Below are positions 8,625 through 18,863 of a stretch of 64,000 nt of DNA, in pieces. The notes beneath the pieces were generated by a model. It was not told the origin of the DNA. It worked only from the letters and a program-made list of their open reading frames with translations, and made no database searches. The DNA is taken from assembly GCA_037130655.1 (NCBI GenBank), contig JBAXSP010000002.1, positions 77,125 to 141,124 of the forward strand, given 5' to 3'. Both the position numbers and the translations under genes were made by a program. Each line of letters begins with the position of its first letter. Positions within the stretch are counted from its first letter, which is position 1. Source of the DNA: a bacterium (lineage in GTDB: Bacteria; Patescibacteriota; Minisyncoccia; Phycocordibacterales; UBA9973).

Positions 8625-11600
8625 TTATTTTATCATAGTTACTACAATTGAATGAATAACAGTGTCATCCAATCCGACTTGAATCTTCCAATCACCTGCC
8701 GTCAATGTATTTTTGGGCAAGTTCAAGATATACCGATTATGATGCTTGGTAAAACATTCATCATCACTATCACAATCTCCGTCTTCATCAAGCTTGTTTG
8801 GATTGATTGATGCCTTGTATCCATCTGATACACGAGTCACCTTGATCCATGGTTTTTGTAATGGAATCTTTCCCTTACTTGCAGAAGTTACCCTAATACG
8901 AATTGGCAAGACTTTGCTCACTTTGTATTGACCGCCATCGACAATCTTTTTGAAATAAAAATCATACGGAGTCGCAGTGACCAACTCTTTTCCTGATTGA
9001 ATTGTTTTCTCTGGTGTTCCATCGCCATTAGTATCAATAGCTATGGTCACTGCGTCAGGATCATTGTCGGAGAGTTTTGATTGATTGATCGTGTATGTAT
9101 CAATTTCTCCGTTTGCTATAGGCATTACTGTTGCAGAAAATGCGGTATTTGAAGATCCTGAACCAGTAACAACATCAAATCCATATGAACTACCGGTACC
9201 ATCACCAACAACTTTGTAGGTATATGTATCATTCGGGAACAAGAAGAGCGCACTTTCTGTTTCAGGATTATAAAATGAATTTTCAATATCATTTTGAACA
9301 GTACCATTCACTAGGCCAGTAGTATTTCCGTTTGAATCAGTTATTTGCAATTCTACTGGACTATGTACAAAAACTTCTTGTTTATATTTGTTTGCAATGG
9401 CAAGTTTTTCAATCAAATTATCAGTATTGGCATATGAAATACCTTTGAAATATTTTGAAAGATTTTTGAGTTTGTTTGATACGTCTGACATATAGGTACC
9501 ATTCAATTGTCCTGTGCTATCTTTGCCAAAACCATTGTACCCCCAGACGGTTTTGATTTTCTTAATATCATCACAAGAGAATGTATAGCCGTCTTTGGTG
9601 ATCGTTCCATTCGAACAAGAATGATTTTGCGCGTATGAATATTTTTGTGAAAGTACAGCTAAACCATCTTTGATGTTTGCATATATTGACTGTGCTGTAT
9701 TTGAATATTGTTTATACAAAGGATTTGCGGTGCTGTGGTCATAGTTGTCATAAGTTTGCCCATATAACTTTCCCTTACTGTTATACAAAGCTTTGTAGCA
9801 TTTTTTGTATTCGTCTAAACCATCAATAATTTGATTTTGAGAATTTCTTAAGACATTTCTACAGTTTGCAAGCGTTATCAAACTCATAGCACCTCTCGGG
9901 TCATCTGCGTTTTTCTTAGAATTACTTTTCGCCTGCATTGTCACCTGACTGACACCGTGACCATAATCAAAACTAACATTTTCATTATCAAAATCACTTC
10001 CAGATTCTTGTGCAAAAATTGCCAAAATTAACTCTTTTGGAATGCTGTTGTTTTTGAGCTTGGAAATATTGAGTGAACTAACGTTATCATCCGAACTAAA
10101 CAATGACTTTGTTGTACTAGCATTGTTGTAATAATCATCAACTGCATCCAAAATCACTGCTTTTCTGTCTTTGGCATCAGTGATTTTTGTTTCTGAAATA
10201 TCCTTCAGGTTTGTTTGAATATTTTTGTCATACGGCAAGTACAGTACTTTAGTGGTCACATTTTTGTACGGTGTGTAATGTGTCGTATTATCTGTCGGAT
10301 CAATTACTTTGGCCCATTCAAAACTATCAGCAACAAGCTTGTTTCCGCTTGTATTTTTTCGAGTAACCACCTTGAGAGCAAAATCATTCGGTAATGTTTT
10401 GATCAATGTACCACCTGTTGTCGGGCTATCATAAAGTAGCGCCACACCATTTGGAGCATTGGCAATACGACTGTAGTACGTATCTGGTCCAGCGTTTTTC
10501 GGATCTTCGGTAAGCCATGGTGTATATGAAATATAATCAGAAACCACATCGCCAGCACCACCAGTATTCGACGAATGAGTTGGACCAGTATCACTTCCCC
10601 ACCAATTGTTTGAAAAATCGAGATTTGTCGTATCTTCAGTTTTGGCACCCGTTGTATTGCCATGAATACTGTTGTTTGTAATCGATCCAACAGTCACGTT
10701 GTTGATAAAATGCAAACCGAAATTATTGTTTTTGATTTCACTATTTGTAAGAGAAATAGTCGTATTATTCCAACCGCTATTACTAAAAGCAAATATTCCT
10801 GCATCAGTCGAACTTGCAACCGTTATGTTGTCACCAGAAAAAGTCGCTTGATTGAAAGTACTAATTCCATCATAAGAACTACCGATTGAAAGATTTGATG
10901 CAGTAAGATTTGAACCATTAAATACAAGCACCCCACTGTCTGATGAAGATAAGTCTCCGACTGTCGCACCATTTACCGTTACAGTACTCTGATTGAAAAT
11001 AAGCAGCGCGTCGGCACCAGCATTTTTGATACTGATGTTATTCAAGTCGGCCGTTGAATTTTGATAAAACTGCAATGGGTAACTATCTGTCGTATCGATA
11101 GTGATATTTGAAAGAGTGCTGGTACTTTTGTAAAAAGCCAATCCACTGCTAACTTTGGTGAGTGTTGTATTTGAAATCGTCGCAGTTCCTTCATTTGCAA
11201 AGAGTGTATCGCCTGCGTATCTGATATCAACATAATTCAAATTCAATGTTGCATTTTGACCGACATAAAAACCGTCAAAATCTCCTGATGAAGGAGCAGT
11301 GCTCGTTCCGTCATTATTACTATCGCCTCCGAGACTATCATCTGCATATGAGGTGAAGGTAATATGCTTTGTGCTGGTACCTTGGGCATTGAGTGTACCA
11401 ATGACACCGATTGAACCATTTGAGTCCGCAAACTTCACTACAACACCAGGATCAATAGTAAGGGTGACACTTGGTGCAATATAAACATCAGTTGAAATAA
11501 TATACGGACTACCTGTCTTAGTCCAAGTAGTATCGCTGGTAATATCGTTACTAATAATTGTTTTTGCCGATGTATGAAATTGTGGGAGGAGGAAAACTAC

Positions 11601-11660
11601 AAAAGAAAATCCGATGAACAGGATTCGGCGAACTTTGACAAAAGTCGCTTTGTTATTCAT
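8625..11660 (-). CDS. large secreted beta-helix repeat protein with an embedded lytic-transglycosylase-like segment
   Basis: Signal peptide (ILFIGFSFVVFLLPQFHTSA). Many short N-x-S/T-rich repeats typical of right-handed beta-helix (PbH1/NosD-like) proteins. The segment ELILAIFAQESGSDFDN...GHGVSQV resembles the SLT catalytic E-S...G-hydrophobic-Q motif. The likely start is the internal Met at 11660. Confidence 0.55.
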   Translation of the reverse strand: MNNKATFVKVRRILFIGFSFVVFLLPQFHTSAKTIISNDITSDTTWTKTGSPYIISTDVYIAPSVTLTIDPGVVVKFADSNGSIGVIGTLNAQGTSTKHITFTSYADDSLGGDSNNDGTSTAPSSGDFDGFYVGQNATLNLNYVDIRYAGDTLFANEGTATISNTTLTKVSSGLAFYKSTSTLSNITIDTTDSYPLQFYQNSTADLNNISIKNAGADALLIFNQSTVTVNGATVGDLSSSDSGVLVFNGSNLTASNLSIGSSYDGISTFNQATFSGDNITVASSTDAGIFAFSNSGWNNTTISLTNSEIKNNNFGLHFINNVTVGSITNNSIHGNTTGAKTEDTTNLDFSNNWWGSDTGPTHSSNTGGAGDVVSDYISYTPWLTEDPKNAGPDTYYSRIANAPNGVALLYDSPTTGGTLIKTLPNDFALKVVTRKNTSGNKLVADSFEWAKVIDPTDNTTHYTPYKNVTTKVLYLPYDKNIQTNLKDISETKITDAKDRKAVILDAVDDYYNNASTTKSLFSSDDNVSSLNISKLKNNSIPKELILAIFAQESGSDFDNENVSFDYGHGVSQVTMQAKSNSKKNADDPRGAMSLITLANCRNVLRNSQNQIIDGLDEYKKCYKALYNSKGKLYGQTYDNYDHSTANPLYKQYSNTAQSIYANIKDGLAVLSQKYSYAQNHSCSNGTITKDGYTFSCDDIKKIKTVWGYNGFGKDSTGQLNGTYMSDVSNKLKNLSKYFKGISYANTDNLIEKLAIANKYKQEVFVHSPVELQITDSNGNTTGLVNGTVQNDIENSFYNPETESALFLFPNDTYTYKVVGDGTGSSYGFDVVTGSGSSNTAFSATVMPIANGEIDTYTINQSKLSDNDPDAVTIAIDTNGDGTPEKTIQSGKELVTATPYDFYFKKIVDGGQYKVSKVLPIRIRVTSASKGKIPLQKPWIKVTRVSDGYKASINPNKLDEDGDCDSDDECFTKHHNRYILNLPKNTLTAGDWKIQVGLDDTVIHSIVVTMIK

Positions 11661-11715
11661 ATATTTGTAGTGTATAAATTTGCACAAATATTGAAAGTGT
11701 TTTTCTGTGGAAAAA

Positions 11716-11772
11716 TAAAAAGTGCGCAAAATAATTTCTATATAGAAATTATTTTGCGCACTTTTTATTTTT
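11716..11772. terminator. bidirectional terminator hairpin
   Basis: Perfect 18-bp stem gtgcgcaaaataatttct/agaaattattttgcgcac flanked by A and T runs. Confidence 0.7.
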
Positions 11773-11775
11773 TAG

Positions 11776-12030
11776 TTACGCTGCTTTTGTGTACGGATTA
11801 TTCCGATCACTATCGTCTTGCCAAAGTTCTTTGTATGCCGCAAGTTTCAGATTGCCGACATACCACTCTCCGTCTCTTTGGTTTATCACCTCTTCAATTG
11901 CACCAGTTTCTTTTGAAATACGCGCACGAGCTTCTTCGAAAGATTCACTCACACTATTCGTTTCGATTTTTGGTATTTCTGTTTGTGGTACTTCTAGTCC
12001 CATTTTGAGTTGTTCCATTTGTCCTGACAT
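11776..12030 (-). CDS. small acidic hypothetical protein
   Basis: 84-aa ORF with an RBS-like upstream sequence. No motif recognised. Confidence 0.4.
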   Translation of the reverse strand: MSGQMEQLKMGLEVPQTEIPKIETNSVSESFEEARARISKETGAIEEVINQRDGEWYVGNLKLAAYKELWQDDSDRNNPYTKAA

Positions 12031-12161
12031 AAAATTGTTCGTATAAATGACAATATATCCATTATACTCCTTTTATTATTTGAGGTAAAAATTAATTTGA
12101 GTACGTTTTTGTCTTGACAGCATTCGGACGATATAAAAATATGACTACTTTTATTCGCTCC

Positions 12162-12665
12162 TCATTTGTCAAGATAAGAGTCGAAATATATTGCGTGACA
12201 AGTATAACCACCAGGGTTCTTTTGTAAATAATCTTGGTGGCAGTCTTCGGCTTTGTACCATTTGGTAAATGGCTCAAGTGTCGTCACCACCGGATGATCC
12301 CAGCGAGCAGAATCATTCACAATTTTAATGAAATCTTCGGCTTGTTTTTTCTCTTCGTTGTTTTGATAAAAGATCGCTGAGCGATACGAAGTGCCAACAT
12401 CATTACCTTGTTGGTTGAGTGTCGTTGGATTGTGAATTTGAAAAAAGAAATCGAGTAATTTCCAAAATGAAGTAACATTTGCATCATAAACAATTTCTAA
12501 TGCTTCGGCGTGGCCACGGTGATTTTCATACGTAGGAGTATCGATTGTTCCACCAGTGTAACCCGCAGTGATATCAATAATTCCTGGTTGTGTACGAAAC
12601 AGTTCTTCGAGCCCCCAGAAACATCCGCCTGCCAAATATGCTTTTTTGATTTGTTGTTCGTTCAT
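12162..12665 (-). CDS. msrA: peptide-methionine (S)-S-oxide reductase MsrA
   Basis: Active-site motif GGCFWG at the N-terminus. Confidence 0.9.
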   Translation of the reverse strand: MNEQQIKKAYLAGGCFWGLEELFRTQPGIIDITAGYTGGTIDTPTYENHRGHAEALEIVYDANVTSFWKLLDFFFQIHNPTTLNQQGNDVGTSYRSAIFYQNNEEKKQAEDFIKIVNDSARWDHPVVTTLEPFTKWYKAEDCHQDYLQKNPGGYTCHAIYFDSYLDK

Positions 12666-13291
12666 ATATTTTTGTTAGGTTTTTGGTACTGTGTCATTTT
12701 ACCTGCTTCGCGTTCTATTTCATCTGCAAGACGTAACTTGTTCATGGTCTTTTTGGGACCGATATCATAATGCTTGATATATTCCAATTCATCATCAATC
12801 CCCCACAATCCGTATGCTTCTTCGGTCACCCAGTCATCGGCAAAGATTGAGAGATCAAGCGGTGCTGAATATTGTCGCAATGTTTTGGTGCCGTCGTCAG
12901 TGAAATATTCATTGAAATAAGACAGTGCCAATTCACGAATGTTTTTGTATACCGGATCACGAAAACGTAGTGAGTAATGATTGCTCTTGGATAATGCACC
13001 CCAATAGCCATCGACTTTGTATACTGCAACCACATGCTCATAATCTTCGTTGGTTGTTTTCAAATCCATCAGCAGTGGCTTGTGTCCGTGAAGCGAAAGA
13101 ATGTATGCACCCAAAATTGCCGCTTCGATACAGTGAGCGTTCCACTCTCGCATCACCAAGAGTGGAGACTTAAGTGAATTAACTTTGTCTAATTCAAAAT
13201 TGATTGGAATCTTATTCAAAAAGTCTTGGACTTTTGCAGGAGTGTTTAATTTTTTGAATAATGCTTTTTGCTCTTTGGTGAAATCTGCCAT
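12662..13291 (-). CDS. hypothetical protein (possible papain-like Cys/His fold)
   Basis: Conserved-looking Cys in NAHCIEAAILGAY and His in DYEHVVAVYK. Start overlaps the msrA stop (operon). Confidence 0.4.
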   Translation of the reverse strand: MADFTKEQKALFKKLNTPAKVQDFLNKIPINFELDKVNSLKSPLLVMREWNAHCIEAAILGAYILSLHGHKPLLMDLKTTNEDYEHVVAVYKVDGYWGALSKSNHYSLRFRDPVYKNIRELALSYFNEYFTDDGTKTLRQYSAPLDLSIFADDWVTEEAYGLWGIDDELEYIKHYDIGPKKTMNKLRLADEIEREAGKMTQYQKPNKNI

Positions 13292-13309
13292 AGATTTATT
13301 ATATCAAAC

Positions 13310-13347
13310 AAAAGCGGCGGAACCCGAAGGGTTCCGCCGCTTTTGTT
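13310..13347 (-). terminator. rho-independent terminator (CCGAAGG-loop type)
   Basis: aaaagcggcggaacccgaagggttccgccgctttt. Confidence 0.7.
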
Positions 13348-13349
13348 TA

Positions 13350-14636
13350 TTACTTTTCTTCGTCTGTTTTTTCTTTTGCAGCTTTAGCGGATGCAACTCC
13401 TGCAACATAACCCGTCGTCCAACAAAGTTGTAACGAGAATCCTCCAGATGGACGATTGATATGAAGGAGGTCTCCAGTCACATATAGATTTTTTACAATC
13501 TTTGATTGCATTGTTTTGGTGTCGATTTCAGTCATTGGTACACCACCATCAGCAACCACTGCACGATCAAATCCCATGAGTCCGGTGATAGTGACTGGTA
13601 ATGCTTTCAACAAATTGGCAATTTGTTTGCGTTCTTCTTTGGTGATACTGTGCACTTTTTTGTCGATATCAATACCATGACACAATGAAAGAATTGCTTC
13701 ACTCGTACCTTCGGGAGTCACTTGGTCAAACATGTTTTTGAGCATTTTATTTTTGTTTGTATCAAATGCTTTGATGAGTTTGTCTTCGAGTGCACCAAGA
13801 TCAGTATCAGGATATGCATCGATTGTTGCTGTCACCGCACCTTCATGAAGCAAGTTTTCTACTTTTTTTGCACTATTTAAAATGAGTGGACCAGAGAGCC
13901 CAAAGTGTGTGAACAAAATTTTGCCCAACTTTTTGAATGACTTCACTCCGTTTACATAAAACGTAATTCGCATAAAAGAGAGACTCACCCCAGAGAGTGA
14001 TTTGATCCATTCATCTGACACAGCGAGCGGCACGATGCTTGGTGTGGGTGGTGTGACACTATGACCGAGCCGAGCAAGCCATTTGAATCCGTCACCAGTT
14101 GAACCAGTTTCTGGATGTGATTGCCCGCCAGTTGCGAGAATATATTTTTCTGCAGTATATGTTCCCTTCTTGGTCAAAATAGAATGCACTTGGCCGTCTT
14201 TGGTTGGCTCAATTGCAGTCACTTGGCAATCAGTGTAAATACTCACGTCATACTTGATGAGTAGTTTTTCAAGTGTGCGAAATACATCGAGCGCGCGTTC
14301 AGACGCAGGAAATGCACGTTTACGTTCTTGTACAACAAGCGGTAGTCCATTTGATTCAAAAAACTCAAAGGTATCTTTCACTCCAAATTGTGAAAACGCA
14401 GAATGCAAAAATGGCGCACCATCGCCATAGTTCGCTAGCAGTTTTCTTGTGTCATATTCGGCATTGGTAATATTGCATCGTCCACCGCCGGTAATCTTCA
14501 GTTTCTCACCGAGGTTTTTGTTCTTTTCAAGAATCAATACTTTGGCACCGTTTTGCGCAGCAAAAATACCAGCAAGCATTCCTGATGCTCCTCCGCCAAT
14601 AATAATTACATCAAAGTGTTGACTCTTTTTACTCAT
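13350..14636 (-). CDS. BaiN/HI0933-like FAD-dependent flavoprotein
   Basis: DVIIIGGGASGMLAG Rossmann motif plus GGGRCNITN, diagnostic of the HI0933/YhiN family. Confidence 0.85.
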   Translation of the reverse strand: MSKKSQHFDVIIIGGGASGMLAGIFAAQNGAKVLILEKNKNLGEKLKITGGGRCNITNAEYDTRKLLANYGDGAPFLHSAFSQFGVKDTFEFFESNGLPLVVQERKRAFPASERALDVFRTLEKLLIKYDVSIYTDCQVTAIEPTKDGQVHSILTKKGTYTAEKYILATGGQSHPETGSTGDGFKWLARLGHSVTPPTPSIVPLAVSDEWIKSLSGVSLSFMRITFYVNGVKSFKKLGKILFTHFGLSGPLILNSAKKVENLLHEGAVTATIDAYPDTDLGALEDKLIKAFDTNKNKMLKNMFDQVTPEGTSEAILSLCHGIDIDKKVHSITKEERKQIANLLKALPVTITGLMGFDRAVVADGGVPMTEIDTKTMQSKIVKNLYVTGDLLHINRPSGGFSLQLCWTTGYVAGVASAKAAKEKTDEEK

Positions 14637-14771
14637 AAAACGTTATTTAAACATGAAACCAAAGAATCGATTTACTTCGCTTTTTCTTTCTTCGGTTTCT
14701 TTGTTTCTTTTCTGCGACTGTTGTTGCCTTTTGCCATATGGAGTGATTATAACACAAATAATCGCAATTAT

Positions 14772-15635
14772 TTATCCAATTTTTAAAAGAATAATACCGA
14801 CAACACTTAAAAAGGCGAGTATCATTTTCTTTTTTGTCAGTTTTTCTTTGAAAAAAATAAAGCCAAAAATACCGGCAACAAAAGTATAAGCAGGATGTAT
14901 CGCGTAAACACCTGAAAGAGGTCCAAATGAAAGTGCTTTAAAAATTGCATAGCCTCCCAAAACAGAGAAAAATCCGATAAGCACTGATCCTTTCCAATAT
15001 TTACTCAATTGAGTTACTTCTTTAAATTTTCCTTTTTCAAAAATATATGCAATACACAATCCCAAAAGTGCTGCACCTAAATATTGCCAAATCATAAAAT
15101 GAGTAACAGAATCATGATCAGCTCCCATTTTTTGAATATACTTTGAGGCCGTTGAAGATGCAATGATTCCAAGAGAAAGAAGTATCGTTCTTTGGTCTAA
15201 AGGAAATGAACCGCTTTTTCTTGTATAAAGAAAGACTGAAATCAAAATAATTGAAATGCCTAAGGTTTGAACAATGGAAATATGTTCAGATAATACTGTA
15301 ATACCTATTAAAACAGTCACAATACTTCCGATTGACGAAGTTACTGGGTATAAAGAATTTGTTTCAATGTTCTGAAGTAAAATTTTTTGCAAGACCATAT
15401 TAATCGCAAAAAATCCTCCCCAAATTATTGCATACCAAGAAACAGTTGAAATCCCATTCAATAGATCGTTTTTATTAAATAAAAAGAGCGCAGATAATAC
15501 AAAAAGCGCAGAAAAAAGATTGGTCCAGAAAGTAGAAAGAAAACTACTATACCCCTTGAAAGAAGGCATTTTATATAAAGACATCGATATGCCGAGCAAT
15601 ATTGTGGAAGCAATCGAATACGGAAGCCAATACAT
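14772..15635 (-). CDS. EamA/DMT-superfamily permease
   Basis: ~10 TM segments arranged as two EamA-like halves. Confidence 0.5.
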   Translation of the reverse strand: MYWLPYSIASTILLGISMSLYKMPSFKGYSSFLSTFWTNLFSALFVLSALFLFNKNDLLNGISTVSWYAIIWGGFFAINMVLQKILLQNIETNSLYPVTSSIGSIVTVLIGITVLSEHISIVQTLGISIILISVFLYTRKSGSFPLDQRTILLSLGIIASSTASKYIQKMGADHDSVTHFMIWQYLGAALLGLCIAYIFEKGKFKEVTQLSKYWKGSVLIGFFSVLGGYAIFKALSFGPLSGVYAIHPAYTFVAGIFGFIFFKEKLTKKKMILAFLSVVGIILLKIG

Positions 15636-15667
15636 ATTATTGTGATTGTAACATCAATTGATGTGAC

Positions 15668-17140
15668 TTACTTGTCTAAATCTAAAACTTCATCAATCCG
15701 AATTTGAGCTACAAATTCCGGTACGTGAGAAACTAGAATCATCGCACCTTCATAATCACTGAGCGCTTTGGCAATGATCGGCAAGTGACGGAAATTGATG
15801 TGGTTGGTCGGCTCGTCTAAGATAAGCATTCCTGGTCGTTCGATAACCAGTCGCGCAAATGCAACGAGACCTTTTTGTCCTTCTGAAAGTGTGCCAATCT
15901 TACTTTTGATAACATCACCAGTAATCAGGAAACTTGCCGCAATTGAGCGAAGTTCATGTTCATCAATACGCCCCAATGTTTCCATCATCGCTTTTGATAA
16001 TGATTCATAAACAGTGTGTTCGAAATTGAGTGTTGAAAAATCTTGACGGTAATAGCCGACTTTGATGTCTGGAGTTATGCGCACCCCAGGAGCTTTGCCT
16101 CCGACGATACTTTCAAGCAATGTTGATTTACCGATACCATTTGGACCAGCCAGCAAGAGGTGCTGTTTTTTCTTCAAAGAAATCTTTGCTTTGCGTTCGA
16201 CGACTTTGTGATTCTTCATAATCGTAAAAGATTCGATTTCTGCAATCGCACCAATGATGTCTTCTTGGCATGGAATTTTGAATGGACGAATCGTGCGGTC
16301 TTCTTTGCGAACATCAACAATCTCTTCTTCCAAATCTTCAGCGAGTTCACGCATGCGTTTTGCAACGAGACGAAGTCGTCCTCCTTTGTGGGCAAATTCA
16401 TTGGCCTTTTCTTTTTTGGCTTGGATTTGCTTTTGCAATTGAGCGTTTGCCATATTTTCTTTTTCAACACGAGCAGTGATGTCTTTCAATACGTTGTGGT
16501 AGTTACCGACATATTGTTCAACAACTTTTGTATAAACATCGAGATATAGGACTCCTTCAGTAAAGGCGTTCAAAAATTCTGCATCATGAGAAATAACCAA
16601 CACGGTTTTTTTGTAATCAATAAGAAAATCTGTCAGGTGCGCAATACCCGCTTTGTCGAGATTGTTTGTTGGTTCATCGAGCAAAAGCAAATCTGGATCT
16701 TGGATCAGTGCAGATGCGAGCAAAAGGCGTGCTTGTTGTCCACCAGAGAATGTATTCAAGATGCGGTCATGCACATCTTTGTGTCCAACCAAGTTCACCA
16801 CTTCGAGCACTTCATCGATACGAGGATCAATATCATACACTGGCTTTTTGAAACACTTCTGGAAAAATGCACGGACAGTCAATTTTAAATCTTCGCGAGG
16901 AATAACTTGGCGAGCAATTGCAATCGTCACACCATCGACAATATTGATAATTCCATCTTCTGGTTTATTGTCACCAGTAATGAGTCCGAAAATCGTACTT
17001 TTACCGGCACCATTTTGCCCCATGAGTGTCAGCTTGGCGCCACGGCGAATCGAAAAAGAAACCTCATTAAGAATAGGTTTTTGCGGGCCGTGTTCAAATG
17101 ATACTTTGTCGAATCGTACGATTGCTTCACCTTTTGACAT
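15668..17140 (-). CDS. ABC-F family ATPase (two NBDs, no TMD)
   Basis: Two Walker A motifs (GQNGAGKST, GPNGIGKST) and two ABC signatures (LSGGQQARL, LSEGQKGLV). Confidence 0.8.
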   Translation of the reverse strand: MSKGEAIVRFDKVSFEHGPQKPILNEVSFSIRRGAKLTLMGQNGAGKSTIFGLITGDNKPEDGIINIVDGVTIAIARQVIPREDLKLTVRAFFQKCFKKPVYDIDPRIDEVLEVVNLVGHKDVHDRILNTFSGGQQARLLLASALIQDPDLLLLDEPTNNLDKAGIAHLTDFLIDYKKTVLVISHDAEFLNAFTEGVLYLDVYTKVVEQYVGNYHNVLKDITARVEKENMANAQLQKQIQAKKEKANEFAHKGGRLRLVAKRMRELAEDLEEEIVDVRKEDRTIRPFKIPCQEDIIGAIAEIESFTIMKNHKVVERKAKISLKKKQHLLLAGPNGIGKSTLLESIVGGKAPGVRITPDIKVGYYRQDFSTLNFEHTVYESLSKAMMETLGRIDEHELRSIAASFLITGDVIKSKIGTLSEGQKGLVAFARLVIERPGMLILDEPTNHINFRHLPIIAKALSDYEGAMILVSHVPEFVAQIRIDEVLDLDK

Positions 17141-17235
17141 AGAACAAATAGTGTATCATATTTTTGATCGAAACTCCAAATAATTTTCTGACAATATTAA
17201 CAAGCCATTATTTTTGATGCGTATATACTATATAT

Positions 17236-17406
17236 ATGTCTACTATTCAAGCAACATTACACACCATTTGGGTGTCATTACTTACACTCGGTATTATTAG
17301 AGTTATTATTGCAGTTCTTATTATTGGTCTTCTTGCTCGTTTCCAAAAATTACTTGGACTACTTGCAGCGATTTTATTTATTGCTTTTTTGGCGCATTGG
17401 ATTTAA
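17236..17406 (+). CDS. small (56 aa) hydrophobic membrane protein, not in the ORF track
   Basis: ATG embedded in a tatactatatatATG motif. Translated by hand to MSTIQATLHTIWVSLLTLGIIRVIIAVLIIGLLARFQKLLGLLAAILFIAFLAHWI. Confidence 0.35.
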   Translation: MSTIQATLHTIWVSLLTLGIIRVIIAVLIIGLLARFQKLLGLLAAILFIAFLAHWI

Positions 17407-17417
17407 TACGCACAAAT

Positions 17418-17456
17418 AAAAAGTGGCGGGACACGAAGTGTCCCGCCACTTTTTAT
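17418..17456 (-). terminator. rho-independent terminator
   Basis: gtggcgggacacgaagtgtcccgccac followed by ttttt. Confidence 0.7.
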
Positions 17457-17908
17457 TTATTCAAATTTTTAACATCTTCCAAAATTTCAACAGCGTGAGA
17501 ACCTGGGTCAACTTTTGGATATGACTTGATTACCATTCCTTTTTTGTCGAGAATATATGAAATACGACTCGTACCACCAGTACTATGAGCTGCACCGTAA
17601 GCAGTAATCATTGTTTTATCGGGATCAGAAAGTAAAGTGAACGGTAGATTATACTTTGCACGAAACTTAATATGCTTATCCGGCTTGTCTACAGACACAC
17701 CAAATACCTTAATCCCCGCTTTTTCAAAAGCTTTGTAAGAATCAGTAATAGCACAAGCTTCTCGTGTACAGCCAGGAGTATCATCTTTTGGATAAAAGTA
17801 GATTAACGTATAGGTACCAAGGGTATCTTTGAGGGTCCAGATTTTGCCATCTTGATCGGGCAATGAGAAATCTGGAGCTTTAGTCTTCATGTTTAACATG
17901 CTTTTCAT
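17453..17908 (-). CDS. bcp: peroxiredoxin Bcp (thiol peroxidase)
   Basis: FYPKDDTPGCTREAC peroxidatic-Cys motif. Confidence 0.85.
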   Translation of the reverse strand: MKSMLNMKTKAPDFSLPDQDGKIWTLKDTLGTYTLIYFYPKDDTPGCTREACAITDSYKAFEKAGIKVFGVSVDKPDKHIKFRAKYNLPFTLLSDPDKTMITAYGAAHSTGGTSRISYILDKKGMVIKSYPKVDPGSHAVEILEDVKNLNK

Positions 17909-18198
17909 TATAGCATATTGACAAGTTTAAAACTAATTTGTATTTCGTCACCAGTAAAAATTCCTTCTTGTTTGCGAACACTACTTTTGATCGCAATCAA
18001 GTATGCTTGCGAAAGTTTGTGTGGCAAAAGCGATGTCTCCCACGAAGTTTTGCCAGTAGTAAATGTTCCTCGCAACAATCCTTTACCGTGTGTTTCTTTG
18101 ATTTGAGCAGAAAGCTTTTTGTCGAGTGTGACAAAATGCCACCCTCCATCCCCTGGCCATTTCCACACACGAGCTTTGATTTTATATAACCGCTTCAT
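17908..18198 (-). CDS. DUF1905-like small protein
   Basis: KWPGDGGWHFVTL pattern typical of DUF1905. Confidence 0.45.
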   Translation of the reverse strand: MKRLYKIKARVWKWPGDGGWHFVTLDKKLSAQIKETHGKGLLRGTFTTGKTSWETSLLPHKLSQAYLIAIKSSVRKQEGIFTGDEIQISFKLVNML

Positions 18199-18237
18199 CT
18201 AAGTATTCTACCAAATTATCGTGATACACTTATATAT

Positions 18238-18810
18238 ATGAAAGAAACATTCGCAATTATTGCAACCATTATGGCGGTTGTCGGAAATATTCCTTATCTT
18301 CGCGATGTCATCAAAGAAAAAGTACAACCACATGCATACACGTGGCTCGTATGGAGTATCGTCTCATGTGTGACATTTTTCGGGCAACTTGCCAAAGGTG
18401 CAGGACTTGGCGCAATCCCTACCGGAGCATCAGAAATATTCACCATCATTATCTTTTTCTTTTCACTCAAAAACGGTTTCAAACACGTAACCAAAACAGA
18501 TACCGTCTTTCTGATTGTCGCATTGCTCGGGCTGATTCCTTGGGCGTTGACCAATGACCCAACTATTTCTGTCATCATCGTTGTTGCAATTGATTTGATT
18601 GCATTCATTCCAACACTTCGCAAAACATACAACTATCCGCACAGTGAAAATGTCTGGCTCTATAGTATGAATGTCACCCGTCACGCACTCGCACTATTTG
18701 CACTCCAAGCATACAACGTAGCAACGGTTCTACATTCAATCGTAATGATTATCACCAACTCACTAATGACAATTTTCATCAAAACCAGTAAAAATCGGAA
18801 GTGTTGGTGA
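18238..18810 (+). CDS. hypothetical 6-TM membrane protein
   Basis: Hydrophobicity only. Start is preceded by a tatatatATG motif. Confidence 0.45.
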   Translation: MKETFAIIATIMAVVGNIPYLRDVIKEKVQPHAYTWLVWSIVSCVTFFGQLAKGAGLGAIPTGASEIFTIIIFFFSLKNGFKHVTKTDTVFLIVALLGLIPWALTNDPTISVIIVVAIDLIAFIPTLRKTYNYPHSENVWLYSMNVTRHALALFALQAYNVATVLHSIVMIITNSLMTIFIKTSKNRKCW

Positions 18811-18863
18811 TATAGATAATATTCTTTACCTTATTAAAAAACCACCCATCGGATGGTTTCTTT

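Noticed and set aside
16160-17183. Plus-strand ORFs inside the ABC-F gene
   Set aside because: They are antisense to an ABC-F ATPase with both Walker A and signature motifs intact.
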